Part shown: one piece after another, positions 12,042-24,344 of the stretch
Numbering within the stretch: the first letter of the stretch is position 1
How the letters are laid out: every line of letters begins with the position of its first letter
Origin: Octopus bimaculoides
Taxonomy: Eukaryota
Assembly (NCBI RefSeq): GCF_001194135.2
Contig: NC_068983.1
Span: 62,408,074-62,453,511, forward strand
Direction of reading: 5' to 3'
DNA: 45,438 nt
Translations under genes and position numbers: made by a program
The notes under the pieces: generated by a model
Databases searched by the model: none
Seen by the model: the letters and a program-made list of their open reading frames with translations, nothing else
Told to the model about the DNA's origin: nothing

Positions 12042-12839
12042 TTGATATGTACTCGGACATATTTTTCTAATCAACTAATTTTGCTATCCTCACAGCGCTA
12101 CATTCTCTGCTATTACTACTTCATTCTCCAACTTTCTTCTCCTTCATTCTTTATATATGCGTATATGTGTGTGCCTGTGTGTATGTGCGTGTATGTGTGT
12201 ATATATGCATATATGCAATTTCACATGATATGTTTCTAATAATTACATTCGGCGAACAGGATGTATCCTCGGAGTGTTAAAGCAAATGCCCTTAAGGCAT
12301 TACGAGTTCAAATACTACCGTGGTCTACATGGGTCACATATTTGATCTGTGGTCCGATATAACATAGTCATTTGATCCTTAATGGAATCCACCTATTGCA
12401 AACATTCGAGTAGGGGCCCCGGTTTGGATATACCCTTCTCCAATTACACCCGAATGCTCTTTTATGAGTCGTAGGCCCTGTCCCCACTTGTATGTACGTA
12501 CGTTCGTATATAACTAGCTTCTTAGCTATGTAAATACATACGTACGTAACTTCCTTCCTACCTACCTACCTACCTACCTAAACCTACCTACCTACCTACC
12601 TACCTACCTATGAATATACATACATGCATTCATTTGAATACTGGTGCTGCATCCCAATGAAATCAATATCCAGTGCAGACACAACATACCTGTTATTGTT
12701 GTATGGGATACAGCGCACAATTTATATGCTATTACTTTAAAGAGGCTTTGCTAGGTAAGGCTGGAACAGTGCAAGAAGATAAACTACAAAAAGAAAAGAA
12801 AAGAAAAGGAAAATAAGATGAAGTTATAGTTTTACCTTA

Positions 12840-12879
12840 TGTTTCTATATTTCGGGGCTATGCCCACTTCTTCGAGACA
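12840..12879 (-). ncRNA. Degenerate minimal hammerhead-ribozyme-like motif 3' of a Penelope endonuclease remnant
   Basis: Minus strand TGTCTC-GAAGA-AGTGGG CATAG CCCC-GAAATATA-GAAACA. Stem I (TGTCTC/GAAACA, one mismatch), stem II and GAAA are present, but the CUGANGA core lacks CT, so it is probably inactive. Confidence 0.45.
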
Positions 12880-12959
12880 AATGGAAAAGCGAGGGATGGA
12901 ATAGGTTGTTGCTCAGATGTATGGGAGAAGAAGGAAGAAGGTGGAAGGAGGAAAGTGAC

Positions 12960-13500
12960 ATGCGAAGACTGATGTTGCTATAATAACCAGTCTGCATGAT
13001 AAAGTTCTTTCCTGTTGCTTATGGCTGGTCTCATTTTGTTGATAAGGAGGACCGCCACGATTCTGAGATTGCCTTTGTTGCGTTGAGTGGCCTGGTCGAT
13101 ACCTTGAAATCCTGGGTCTGGCACTTCTTTAGGAGATTTTCGATCGAAGTGTTTGTGTACATATGTTCTTTTATTTTGATGATTCTCCAAATGTAGGATT
13201 CCTCATATTTACTGCAGACTGCTTCGTATACAGCATAGGCCCTCGAGTACGTTTTGAATTCGTTGATGGGACAATTTGATAGTGTACACCCCACAATTTC
13301 ATCTGTGATATTATTTCTAGACAAAAATTTCTTGAAGGATGGACCGGTTTGCACCATCTGTGTGCTGAGTCTCTATATACTGTTGTAGTATTCAGCTTTA
13401 CAGAGGGTGTGAAAGTAAGGGCTAAAGATTTCGAAAGCTTTAACATATATTGCAACTACTGCAGAACTTAACAGCTCTTGAATCCGGGCTGTGGGATTTC
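12960..13500 (-). mobile_element. Penelope-like element remnant, GIY-YIG endonuclease
   Basis: GCTLSNCPINEFKTYSRAYAVYEAVCSKYEESYI resembles C..NCP...C....VVY...C..C..SYIG. The C-terminal LRIVAVLLINKMRPAISNRKEL resembles R.I.EA.LI....P..N. Confidence 0.75.
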
Positions 13501-13594
13501 ATTAGTTATTATCATTTTCCAAAAACGAGCGAAATAAATTGAGTCTCATCCTCCAAATCCAACCGATCACCTGAACTGCGAATATTTATGACAC

Positions 13595-13629
13595 ATTCCA
13601 AACGTTTCGCCATTTGGGTTTCATGGAAT
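13595..13629 (-). ncRNA. Second degenerate hammerhead-like motif upstream of the Penelope remnant
   Basis: Minus strand ATTCCA-TGAA-ACC CAAAT GGC-GAAACGTT-TGGAAT. Perfect 6-bp stem I and GAAACGTT, but the core is shortened to TGA. Confidence 0.35.
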
Positions 13630-14149
13630 AGACATGCATAGTCACATGATGTGCATGTGGGGTACATATATGTACATACATAAAGAGTCATCACACACAT
13701 TTTTGTGCTAAAAAAAGACAAGTAACTCATAACATGAGCTCATGCATATCCACATACACACTAATCCACTCCATTATCATAAATCCCTGAAATTTTCGTA
13801 TTTCAAACAAAAATCTTTGCTAATTTGTTAATGACCAGATTTATTTCTGCGAACAAATTTTAAAATATCTCGAAGATAAAACATACATATATACATGTAG
13901 ATACATATGTGATCAAGTTTATATAATTAAGTTGATTAATTAAATTTGTAATTAGAGATTCAGTTTACCGGTGGTTTGTAAATGTATCACATCCATGAAG
14001 CAGTTTGGGACGGTTGATAATTTGAGAGCTATGCTACGCGTGAAGGTAACTGTCGTAGTTCGAATTGCGTAATGAGGTGTAGGTGAATTTCTCCAGGGAT
14101 TATAGGCTTTGTTTTTTTTATTTATCATTTATTTTTCATTTGAACAGAT

Positions 14150-14700
14150 GCGTCCCTCTACAAGTGAACCATTTTTGTTCGGACATACCTAAGAGGATAG
14201 TTCCAATCAGCTATCTAACTGTTGCTGATGAATGAGGAATGAAGCAAATATGCGGCCAAGGATAGTTAGAGCAAAATTTGAAGAATTTCGATCAGTGTTA
14301 TAGGGTCTGGAGAAAGAGGAGCATTCTGTAGCATGTAGATGAGGGTTAGATAGTTGCAAAGAGTCAGTGGTCGGGTAACCCGATAAATGCATAGATAGTT
14401 ATGGTCTGGATTAGGTCTAGAGATGAGAAGTAAATCAAAGCGGAGTGGAATGTTTCAGTGTCGATCTGGGATGAGGCCAAATTGTATTCGTAGTTGAGAC
14501 TTGCGAAAAGATTCAAATTCGGCTTCTGCACCGACAATAGCGGCATGGAAGGAGCGTGAGAGCCACGAGTAGCTGTGCATGTTGAAATCACCAAGTTCGA
14601 TGATTCCGGAGAAGACTAACGAGAGGTATATATTCCCAATACAAGCGATGTGGTCAGAGAAATGCTCTGGGTTCGAGGAGTTTGGAGAGTGGGAGAGAGA
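14150..14700 (-). mobile_element. APE-endonuclease fragment of a LINE (CR1/Jockey/I-like)
   Basis: Minus frame HSPNSSNPEHFSDHI...LGDFNMHSYSWLS...LIPDRH*NIPLRFDLLLIS...ADWN. The GDFN and .PDR..DL motifs are characteristic of APE domains. Confidence 0.75.
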
Positions 14701-14829
14701 GAAGAGAGAGATAGGAGGGAGAGAGAAGGGAGAGAGAGGAGGGAGAGAGAGATGGAAAAGGGGCTGAGGTATTCTGCTGTGTGTGTGTTTGAGAGAGAGA
14801 GAGAGAGATAGAGAAAAGAGGGAGAGGTA

Positions 14830-15035
14830 AAGAGAGGGTATTTGGAAGTTGTTATTGCTGATATCTAGGTGAGAAAGGTGAGTGACAGGGAGAGCGGAAT
14901 CTATGTTTGTGCAGACAATGAAGTTTTAGTTGAATGTAGAGTGGACGGCAGAGATGGATTGTAGACGATGATTGCTAAATTTGTGTAGTTCATAAAGAAG
15001 AATAATGAGGTCAGAAGAACCAATATACTTTTTAC
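14830..15035 (-). mobile_element. Possible further Penelope GIY-YIG remnant
   Basis: Minus frame CKKYIGSSDLIILLYELHK resembles C..YIG.T..L..R..EH; highly decayed. Confidence 0.35.
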
Positions 15036-15037
15036 AT

Positions 15038-15097
<60 letters not shown>

Positions 15098-15106
15098 CAG
15101 AAACAA

Positions 15107-15161
<55 letters not shown>

Positions 15162-15220
15162 GGTGGTGATGGTGGTAGTAGTAGTAGTAGTAGTAGTAAC
15201 ATCATCATCATCATAATCAT

Positions 15221-15268
<48 letters not shown>

Positions 15269-15282
15269 TAGTGGTGGTGGTG

Positions 15283-15326
<44 letters not shown>

Positions 15327-15342
15327 GGTGGTGGTAGTAGTA

Positions 15343-15378
<36 letters not shown>
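15038..15378. repeat. Compound trinucleotide microsatellite (AGT)/(ATC)/(AGC)/(GGT)
   Basis: Directly visible; gives the poly-T/L/P ORFs at 14901-15515. Confidence 0.97.
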
Positions 15379-15721
15379 AAAAAGACGACGAAGAAGAAGG
15401 AGGAGTAAGCAGAAAAGGAGAAAGTAGTAAGGAAGTAGTTAATGAGTACGTATGCGATTGGCTGGTCACGTGAGACATTTGGTGCTTGGGGCAGGCGGTG
15501 GATTATATGCTGCACCAGTAGTTGATAGAGGGTTCGCCAGAGGCAGTCACGTGATCATTTCGGTGGGAAGTACAGAGCAACCCCATTTTTGCTGCTGTCG
15601 TTCTCGCCGTCACTGCTGCTGCTAGCGTTGTTATTGTTGTTGTTGTTTCTGCTCAACATGTTGCAACTGTTGCAATATAGCAGCAGAGAATTTATTGTTG
15701 GAACAGAATAATATGCATTTA

Positions 15722-15933
15722 TGTCTTTATTCCCCACAAGGGGTCTAAACATAGAGGGGACAAACAAGGACAGACAAAGGGATTAAGTCGATTACATCGA
15801 TCCCATTGCATAACTGGTACTTATTTAATTGACACCGAAAGGATGAAAGGCAAAGTCGACCTCGGCGGAATTTGAACTCAGAACGTAACGGCAGACGAAA
15901 TATCACTAAGCATTTCGCCCGGCGTGCTAACGT
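15722..15933 (-). mobile_element. SINE family A
   Basis: Reverse complement of the 8177 copy. Confidence 0.92.
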
Positions 15934-16199
15934 TTCTTGATTCCGCTTCAAGTTATATTTCCAACTGACCAAATACAGTTGAGAGTTGCAGCAAAACCGA
16001 ATCATATTTCAGCCAAAAATTATTTTGGGTGTATATACATTTATTCTACTCTAGAATGTATCCAGAGATGTTAATGTGTTACTAAAATCCACATATAAAC
16101 ACATACATGTTTATACATAACAGTACATACCTTTATATAGGGAAAGAAGCGGTAAAAAGAAAATAAAAGTTGAGAGTTAGGAGAATATTCCCACATATT

Positions 16200-16589
16200 T
16201 TTTTTTTACTTGTTTCAGTCATTTGACTGCGGCCACGCTGGAGCACCGCCTTTCGTCGAGCAATTCGACCCCAGGACTTGTTCTTTGTAAGCCTAGTACT
16301 TATTCTATCGGTCTCTTATGCCGAACCGCTAAGTTACGGGGACGTAAACACACTACCATCGGTTGTCAAGCGATGTTGGGGGGACAAACACAGGCACACA
16401 CATATATATATATATACATATACGCGACGGGCTTCTTTTAGTTTCCGTCTACCAAATCCACTCACAAGGCTTTGGTCGGCTCGAGGCTATAGTAGAAGAC
16501 ACTTGCCCAAGGTGCTACGCAGTGGGACTGAACCCGGAACCATGTGGTTGATAAGCAAGCTACTTACCACACAGCCACTCCTGCGCCTA
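16200..16589 (-). mobile_element. Full-length tRNA-derived SINE (family B; CORE-like, resembling octopus OR-type SINEs)
   Basis: Minus strand begins AGGCGCAGGAGTGGCTGTGTGGTAAG...GGTTCAGTCCC, then CCTTGGGCAAGTGTCTTC, an internal (CA/TA)n, and tail CAAATGACTGAAACAAGTAAAA. Naming is from recall. Confidence 0.9.
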
Positions 16590-18416
16590 AATAGACATAT
16601 GTATATATTATATAAATAAGTACATACATAAACACGTGCATATACACATTACTTCCACACACATATACACACAAATATCGCGGACAGCTTATTCATTAGC
16701 TTTTGATTGCATGTCTATGAAGATTTCACTGTGGGGTACGTAAATGGTTAATTGCCCACCTATCTGCCTATACATATACACACATTCATGTACACATATA
16801 TATATACCTGTACACACACATATGCACACACACAGGCACACATACATACACACAGACGCACAGAAAAATAATACTTTCTACTAGACATGTAAAAAATAAT
16901 AAAACACAAAACCAGGCAATTTATGAACGTAACTGTTTTTCCCAATCATAGCTCAAATACATGGATGGAAACAACTACATGCCAGGATAGCGCGTTCTCG
17001 TCTATGCTCCCGTAAAGTATCCCTGGTATGAGGGAGCCGTCGGTGGGTTTCCTTTTCTAGTGACACCCTAGCTGAAGCATTCAAGAGGTTTCCGATCAAG
17101 GGAGCAAGGAGGCCACAATATTGAGGGTCACGTGACTACAAGATTTTTTCGGTTTCTTGTCAGACATGCGCTGTTCTTTCAGTCTTACTTAGGATTTTTT
17201 TGCCTGATGTCCTTAACATCTACACATTTGGAAGAGGACTTCGCCACTTTGAGCTGCTCTGTATTATCCCGTATTAATTCGCTGTACTTGTTGCGGATTT
17301 CCAGGACAAGCTGGATAAACATCGCCTTATTTTCAAATTTTTGTTGGGAATGTTGCTTTCATTTGGCAGCAGAAGTAAATTATTTGAGTTTTGCTCCAGC
17401 AACAAAGCGAAATGCAAATTCTCGATACTTTTCTATTTATTAAATAATAAAACGTTCTATTTACCACTTGTATATTAGTAAATGAAACGTTCTATTTACT
17501 ATTTGCACTACGATAACATCTCTGCTGTTTTCCCCCTTCTTTTGGTGCCATAAGTACGTGTTTACGTTGTACTATGGTTAATCTGGCACTATACGTTATA
17601 GAATCTATAAGTACTGCGCTAGAAATTTAGTTATGACAGAAACCTATATTATAACAGACACCTATGAAAGTTACTTTATTTATTGCAGGTCTGTTTGTTT
17701 GAAATACTCCATACTTCAGCGACACTGTACTAAAAAAACAAACAAACAAAAACAAAAAAAAGAAAAAAAAACAAAGACAAGAATACGAAAAGCGCTGGAC
17801 CTTACACTTTCACTTTTAATTGAACCTGTCTCCGAATATTTTTTTTCTTTTTCTCATATACCACTGTTTTCCAATCAAAGATTATACATTCTTTGTTCCG
17901 ATTTATTGATAGAAGATATAATGTTATTGTAAGATTCTCCACGCATTGTCTATCTTGTTGTTTTGAGACTTACATGTTATATTCCTTTTATCAGTTTCCT
18001 AACACAGCTTTCTACATTGTATACATTACTAAATCATCTTAATCCAAACATCTCCGACAATAACTTCGTTGTCAAGATTATTGGGTAACTGCATAGTTTA
18101 TCGTTTTTCCTTCCTGTATTGACTGATATCTATCTTCACCATATTGATTATTGAAACACTGATTGAGGCAACGCAAAAAAAAAAAAAAATTCTATACGCT
18201 GTCACTGGAGCTGCTAAAAATATCAGTCAAATCGCAGTTCAATGTCTTAATAATTCAATGAATATTATAGTCTTTGATACACTGTCTACAAACAAAAATT
18301 GGACGGACAGGAGTAAAACAACTTGCATCATCGGTGTGTTTAATAACAGCAGTTCCATGGCCAAACAAGAACAACAACAACGTAGACACAGACACACAGA
18401 CACATACGAACAGACA

Positions 18417-18462
<46 letters not shown>

Positions 18463-18794
18463 CACACACACAAACACACACACTCACTCACACAAACACA
18501 CTCACTCACTCACTCATACTCATACGAAAATATGCATTTATGCAAATGTACATCTAAACAAACGAATGTGCGTGCACATGTATGCATATACATAGACACA
18601 AATATTTATGTATGCATTTGTATGTGTGCGTGTATATGCGCGCGTACGTGTACATTACAAGTGCTTTGAAATCAGAAGATCCTACCTGGATGGAGACTAG
18701 AGTTTTGAAGTTCTTTGTAATTAATAATGTCTCTCCTGAAAAAGTCTTAAAACTTCTGGAATGCACCTTATACTCGTATACATACATACATACA

Positions 18795-18815
<21 letters not shown>

Positions 18816-18825
<10 letters not shown>

Positions 18826-18964
18826 GTATATATATATTTTTACTCTTTTACTTGTTTCAGTCATTTGACTGCGGCCATGCTGGAGCACCGCCTTTAGTCG
18901 AGCAAATCGACCCTAGGACTTATTCTTTGGAAACCTAGTACTTATTCTATCGGTCTCTTTTGCC
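18816..18964 (-). mobile_element. SINE family B, 3' part, cut by an assembly gap
   Basis: Near-identical to 16200-16330. Confidence 0.9.
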
Positions 18965-19469
18965 NNNNNNNNNNNNNNNNNNNNNNNNNNNNNNNNNNNN
19001 NNNNNNNNNNNNNNNNNNNNNNNNNNNNNNNNNNNNNNNNNNNNNNNNNNNNNNNNNNNNNNNNNNNNNNNNNNNNNNNNNNNNNNNNNNNNNNNNNNNN
19101 NNNNNNNNNNNNNNNNNNNNNNNNNNNNNNNNNNNNNNNNNNNNNNNNNNNNNNNNNNNNNNNNNNNNNNNNNNNNNNNNNNNNNNNNNNNNNNNNNNNN
19201 NNNNNNNNNNNNNNNNNNNNNNNNNNNNNNNNNNNNNNNNNNNNNNNNNNNNNNNNNNNNNNNNNNNNNNNNNNNNNNNNNNNNNNNNNNNNNNNNNNNN
19301 NNNNNNNNNNNNNNNNNNNNNNNNNNNNNNNNNNNNNNNNNNNNNNNNNNNNNNNNNNNNNNNNNNNNNNNNNNNNNNNNNNNNNNNNNNNNNNNNNNNN
19401 NNNNNNNNNNNNNNNNNNNNNNNNNNNNNNNNNNNNNNNNNNNNNNNNNNNNNNNNNNNNNNNNNNNNN

Positions 19470-20088
19470 GTTTTATTGCGAGCTTGCAGAGGGGAAACGT
19501 AATCGATGTAAACCTAAAGAGAGGTTTAAGGATGGCATAAGAACTACCATGAAGTCTCTTGTAATGGACCCAAAGTCCATAGAAACCCTTGCATCGGATC
19601 GAGCTGGATGGCGAATAAAATTGTGGAGTGGAATGAAAGCCTTTGAGGTGGCTCGGATGCCACAAGCAAGATTCAAGAGAGATTTAAAGAAGAATGTTGC
19701 AATCAACGAGAAGTTGAATCTCAGCGACCTTTTCGTGTGCTCGGTTTGTGATAGACCATGCCTTTCTTTTGCTGGGCTCAAATCTCATTTGCGGACCCAT
19801 AAAAAACGAGCCTCTACCAAGTATTTTGTCTATATGTCTGTGTATACCTTTCAGTGCCGTGTATGCCATAAGGTCTGAAAGTCTAACGGAGGCCACAAAA
19901 GACATTTGAAGGTCCACAAAAATCAGAACTTAACTGCAGCTCTTGGTGGTCCAAATCAGATATGCAATCTGTGTGGGTGTCTTTTCAATACATTGTCTGG
20001 TTTAAAAAATCACATCAGAAGCTATGATGGATCTAAGGTGTCAGTACAAGAGGTGGTCAGACACTGCATAAGGAGTAGACATCAACCA
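19470..20088 (+). mobile_element. RTE-clade LINE 3' end encoding three tandem C2H2 zinc fingers
   Basis: One frame with one stop: RNRCKPKERFKDGIRTTMK...ETLASDRAGWR (RTE C-terminus), then CSVCDRPCLSFAGLKSHLRTH, CRVCHKV*KSNGGHKRHLKVH and CNLCGCLFNTLSGLKNHIRSY. Ends at (TA)n. Confidence 0.85.
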
Positions 20089-20550
20089 TATATATATATA
20101 CGTACATATATACATACACACACGCACACACACACACACACGCACACACACATACACACACATATTATATTATAATATATTATATACATACATGGGTGTG
20201 TGTGCTAAAACTATCTCGTATAAGTGATGTTATATAGATACAACATTAATATGATGAAACTATACACCTTTTGTATTGCAATTAACTCTTCCCAATATAC
20301 ACTTTGTAATAAAATTGTTTCATATTATTACATATTCTAAAGTTGCTTATTTCATAGGTCTTCACTTCTATCATTCAACGTAGTCAATGTATTGTGCGCG
20401 TGTAACGTCTGGAAGTTAGCCTCAGATAATATTTACTATATTGTGTCAACTGAACGCAGCCTTGTTTATATTGTGTTTTTTCTCTTGACTAATTTACGGA
20501 ATTTATGCACACTCGGGAAATGTTTTTCGATTAAGTAGAATTAAAGCTTT

Positions 20551-20592
<42 letters not shown>

Positions 20593-20618
20593 AAGAAAAA
20601 AAGAAAGATTTTATGCAG

Positions 20619-21310
20619 AGGCGCAGGCGTAGCTGTGTGGTAAGAAGCTGTGGTAAGGCGGCGAGCTGGCAAAATCGTTAGCACGCCGGGCGAAATGCTT
20701 AGCAGTATTTCGTCTGCCGCTACGTTCTGAGTTCAAATTCCGCCGAGGTCCACTTTGCCTTTCATCCTTTCGGGGTCGATGAATACAGTACCAGTTATGC
20801 ACTGGGGTCGATGTAATCGGCTTAGTCCGTTTGTCTGTCCTTGTTTGTCCCCTCTATGTTTAGCCCCTTGTGGGTAATAAAGAAATAAGAAGCTTGCTTT
20901 TCAGCCACATACTTCCAGAATCAGTCTCACTGCGTGGCATCTTGGACAAGTTTCTTCTACTATAGCTTCGCTCTGACCAAAACCTTCGAGTGGATTTGGA
21001 AGACGGAAACTGAAAGAAGCACATCGTATATATATGTGTGTGTATGTGTGTGCGTGCGTGCATGCGTGCGGGCGTGTGTGTGTGTGTGTGTGTGCGCGTG
21101 TGCGCGCGGGTCTTTGTGTTTGTTTGTCCGCCCCGTTTATCAACCGGTGCTGGTGTGTTTACGTCCCCGTAATTTAACTGTTTGGCAAAAGAGACCATTG
21201 GAATAAGAACTGAGGTCGATTCATACGACTAAAAAAAACCCAAAACAAAACAGAATTCTCCAAGGCAGTGCTCCAGCATGGCCGCAGTCAAATGACCAAA
21301 ACAAGCAAAA
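20619..21310 (+). mobile_element. SINE family B carrying a nested family A SINE in its tRNA-like head
   Basis: The head AGGCGCAGGCGTAGCTGTGTGGTAAGAAGC resumes at 20886; body and tail match the 16200 copy. Confidence 0.9.
20655..20890 (+). mobile_element. SINE family A nested in family B
   Basis: TSD TAAGAAGCT at 20641-20649 and 20886-20894. Confidence 0.93.
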
Positions 21311-22746
21311 AAAAAACATGAATTGTTATACGGAGAGGTATACCATATAACACTTGTTTAATGATTTTTAAGACTCTTACTAATTGGGACACTTAACCGT
21401 TTATTCTTTCATGTTATCCATGACCACATCACATACAGTGTCTCATTTTAGTACTATGAAGTCCGTCTGAAAGTGGTTTCTTCTATTATAGACAGTACAC
21501 TTAGCTACTTGTTGATATTCATTGGAACAAACTTCATGATGTTCAGGGGATTATTGGATATAATGAGGGCACTATATAGTTTCTTAAAATGTTCATACGA
21601 CCCTGGTTTTAGTTTAAGCATGATACAGAGGATAACATTTACACCCACGGACGTTTTAAAGTCAAACTAGTTAAATGCTTTAATTATCCAATTCCCGACG
21701 ATTTCAGCTGTGTGCTCTCTTACACTGATCGAACTCACGACCTCATTCTCCTTTAGACTCGCATAATTTCAATTAAAGTATTTCTCTATTCATTGAGTAC
21801 CTACTTACCTCTGCATTTGTGTAAATACATGTGTGTAAAAAAACACGTAAATAGGTGGTACACACAAATACAGTGCACACTTACAAGCACAACACACATG
21901 TATATAGATGTATAGATGCATATGCACAAACAATACACACATACACGCGTGGTAATACACAACAAGAGTATGTATGTGTGTGAAAGAGAGCGAAAAGAGG
22001 GAGAGAGAGAGAGACAAAGAGAGAGAGAGAGAGATAGAGAGAGAGACTGAAAGAGAGACAGAGAGAGAGACAAACAAACAGACAGACAAAGTGTGATAGA
22101 TAAATAGATAAGCAAGTATTCACTTGTACAGATTCACACTCCCACATACACTCAAGCGATTTCCTACGTCAAATTGTCAAAAAGAATGTCTATACTATTT
22201 CTTTCATGTTCTACAGAGAAAGCAGGCAAGTAATTTGAAATCAACTTAACAACTATATAAAAAGTGTTATGGATGACTACATAAAGGTTGCACACAGTTG
22301 GATACTCTGTTACTGATTTCATATTTACAAGAAACGGATTAGGGAAGAGCTGTTGCTTCCAGCTACTGTTTTCATTCGTTGCGTGTGAGCGACCGGTACA
22401 TGAATAGTAAGACATATTGGTCGTTATATTTGGATTAGGGCCACACAGGTTGATAAAAGGAGCATTGAAATTATATATCCGTATCCAAATAGGTTTGAAG
22501 CTTAAATTATAAACATACTCACGGATACACACACAAAAGTTATTTACTTATACATGTACGTATGTATGTATGTATGTATGTATGTATGCATGTATGTATG
22601 TATGCATGTATGTATGTATGTATGTGGAAACATACAATTATTTATGCATATACACGCACACGTAGATCTGTGCGTGTATCTATTTAATATGACATTTAGT
22701 TTGGAAATATAAAATACACTGTAGTGCAATTTAAGTTCGTTAATGA

Positions 22747-22803
<57 letters not shown>

Positions 22804-22848
22804 ACAGTTTCTCTCTCTTTCTGTGTCAATATATTTGCTGGTAGATAT

Positions 22849-23233
22849 TCTTTTATTCTTTCACTTGTTTAGTCATTTAACTGCAACCATGCTGGAGCAC
22901 CGCCTTTTAGTCGAAGAAAGCGACTCTTGGACTAATTCTTTGTAAGCCTGGTGTTTATTCTATCGGTCTGTTTTGCCGAACCGCTAAGTTACGGGTACGT
23001 AAACACACCAACATTGGATGTCAAGCGAAGAGGGGTGGGGGCATATATATGCACACACACATATATATACGACGGGCTTATTTCAGTTTCCGTCTATCAA
23101 ATCCACTCACAAGGCTTTGGTCGGCCTGAGGCTGTAGTAGAAGACACTTGCCCAAGTTGTCACGCCGCGGCACTGAACTCAGAACCACGTGGATGGGAAG
23201 CAAGCTTCTTACTACACAGCCACACCGGCGCCT
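22849..23233 (-). mobile_element. SINE family B
   Basis: Homologous over its full length to the 16200 copy. Confidence 0.9.
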
Positions 23234-23445
23234 AAAGAATTAACGCTACAGAAAAATAAAGGAATTCTCGAACGCAGAAAGATGGTGAAGACAGCTTGGA
23301 ATATTGGGTAAATACCCTTAGAATACAGAGAAAAGCTTCTACAGGCTTGCTACATACACATATATGCATAAGTATGCACACACTTATAGACATATGTATG
23401 TGTATGTATTCATGTGTGTATATTTATGTGTGTATATTTATGTGC

Positions 23446-23484
<39 letters not shown>

Positions 23485-23751
23485 TGTGTCCATCTGTGTG
23501 TGGTGGAGTATAAAGAGTAAATAGTTCCACCTTTGGTTTTAAACTATGGGTACTACAGATCTTAGCCAGGCAGAAATAGTGTGACACTATATAGGACAAG
23601 ATTGGCCCTTTAAATTCTGGATACAGTCTGTTCAGCAGACATTCTCACATCTTCCGACCCAACATCACCGTAGGATCTTCGTAGATCTGAGGTTTCCTAA
23701 GATGCCAAGAGTAGTGATCGAAACTGGGAGCTCGTGATTTTGAAACTCGTC

Positions 23752-23913
23752 TGTGCAATTCTCATATCAACATGTATCTGTATTATCTATGCTGCAATTT
23801 TCATATCTTCACGTACAGACATATCTGCACACGTACAGACACATCAGTATTATCTATGTTGCAATTTTCATATCTTCATACACTTATATATGCACACGTA
23901 CAGGCACACACAC
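23752..23913. repeat. 67-bp tandem duplication (about 2.4 copies)
   Basis: GTATTATCTATG(C/T)TGCAATTTTCATATCTTCA recurs at 23780 and 23847, with a partial copy upstream. Confidence 0.85.
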
Positions 23914-24344
23914 ATACACACACAAGTATCTTTTTCTTTCAATTGTTTTGTAGAAGTGCTGAAAATATCATACACTATTATGAGGTATTGTGTCTCAGCA
24001 ATACACGCACAAATTATCCATTGAAAGCCTAAGTTGCTTGACATAATGAAAATATGTGAATATTCACAGATCAAAATATATTTCCTCGTATCAATCACAT
24101 TAAACATTGTTTACAGCACTGTGTGTGTATACATATTCATACATCCATTCAAACATACAAACACGCGTGCACACGCACACATACATGCACAATACTCGAA
24201 GCAACAAATCGCGTATTTGCAGTGGGAGATTATTTATCGAAAATACGATAAATGCTATCTCCAACTTCGGTGCCATTGCTATCAGCTTTGTTTAATTAAT
24301 TGAAAGAGGCCTTTTATACAAGATCGTAGTGTTTTTCGACTGAA

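Noticed and set aside
14830-14900. LRR-like LSHLDISNNNF
   Set aside because: It is a single motif in a stop-containing frame that is better explained as a decayed GIY-YIG remnant.
16960-17440. Possible LINE ORF1 zinc knuckle on the minus strand (about 17190-17240)
   Set aside because: The CCHC pattern appears only after assuming frameshifts and substitutions, which is too weak to call.
19549-20175. Host C2H2 zinc-finger gene
   Set aside because: The fingers are in frame with RTE ORF2 C-terminal motifs, lack TGEKP-type linkers and contain a stop.
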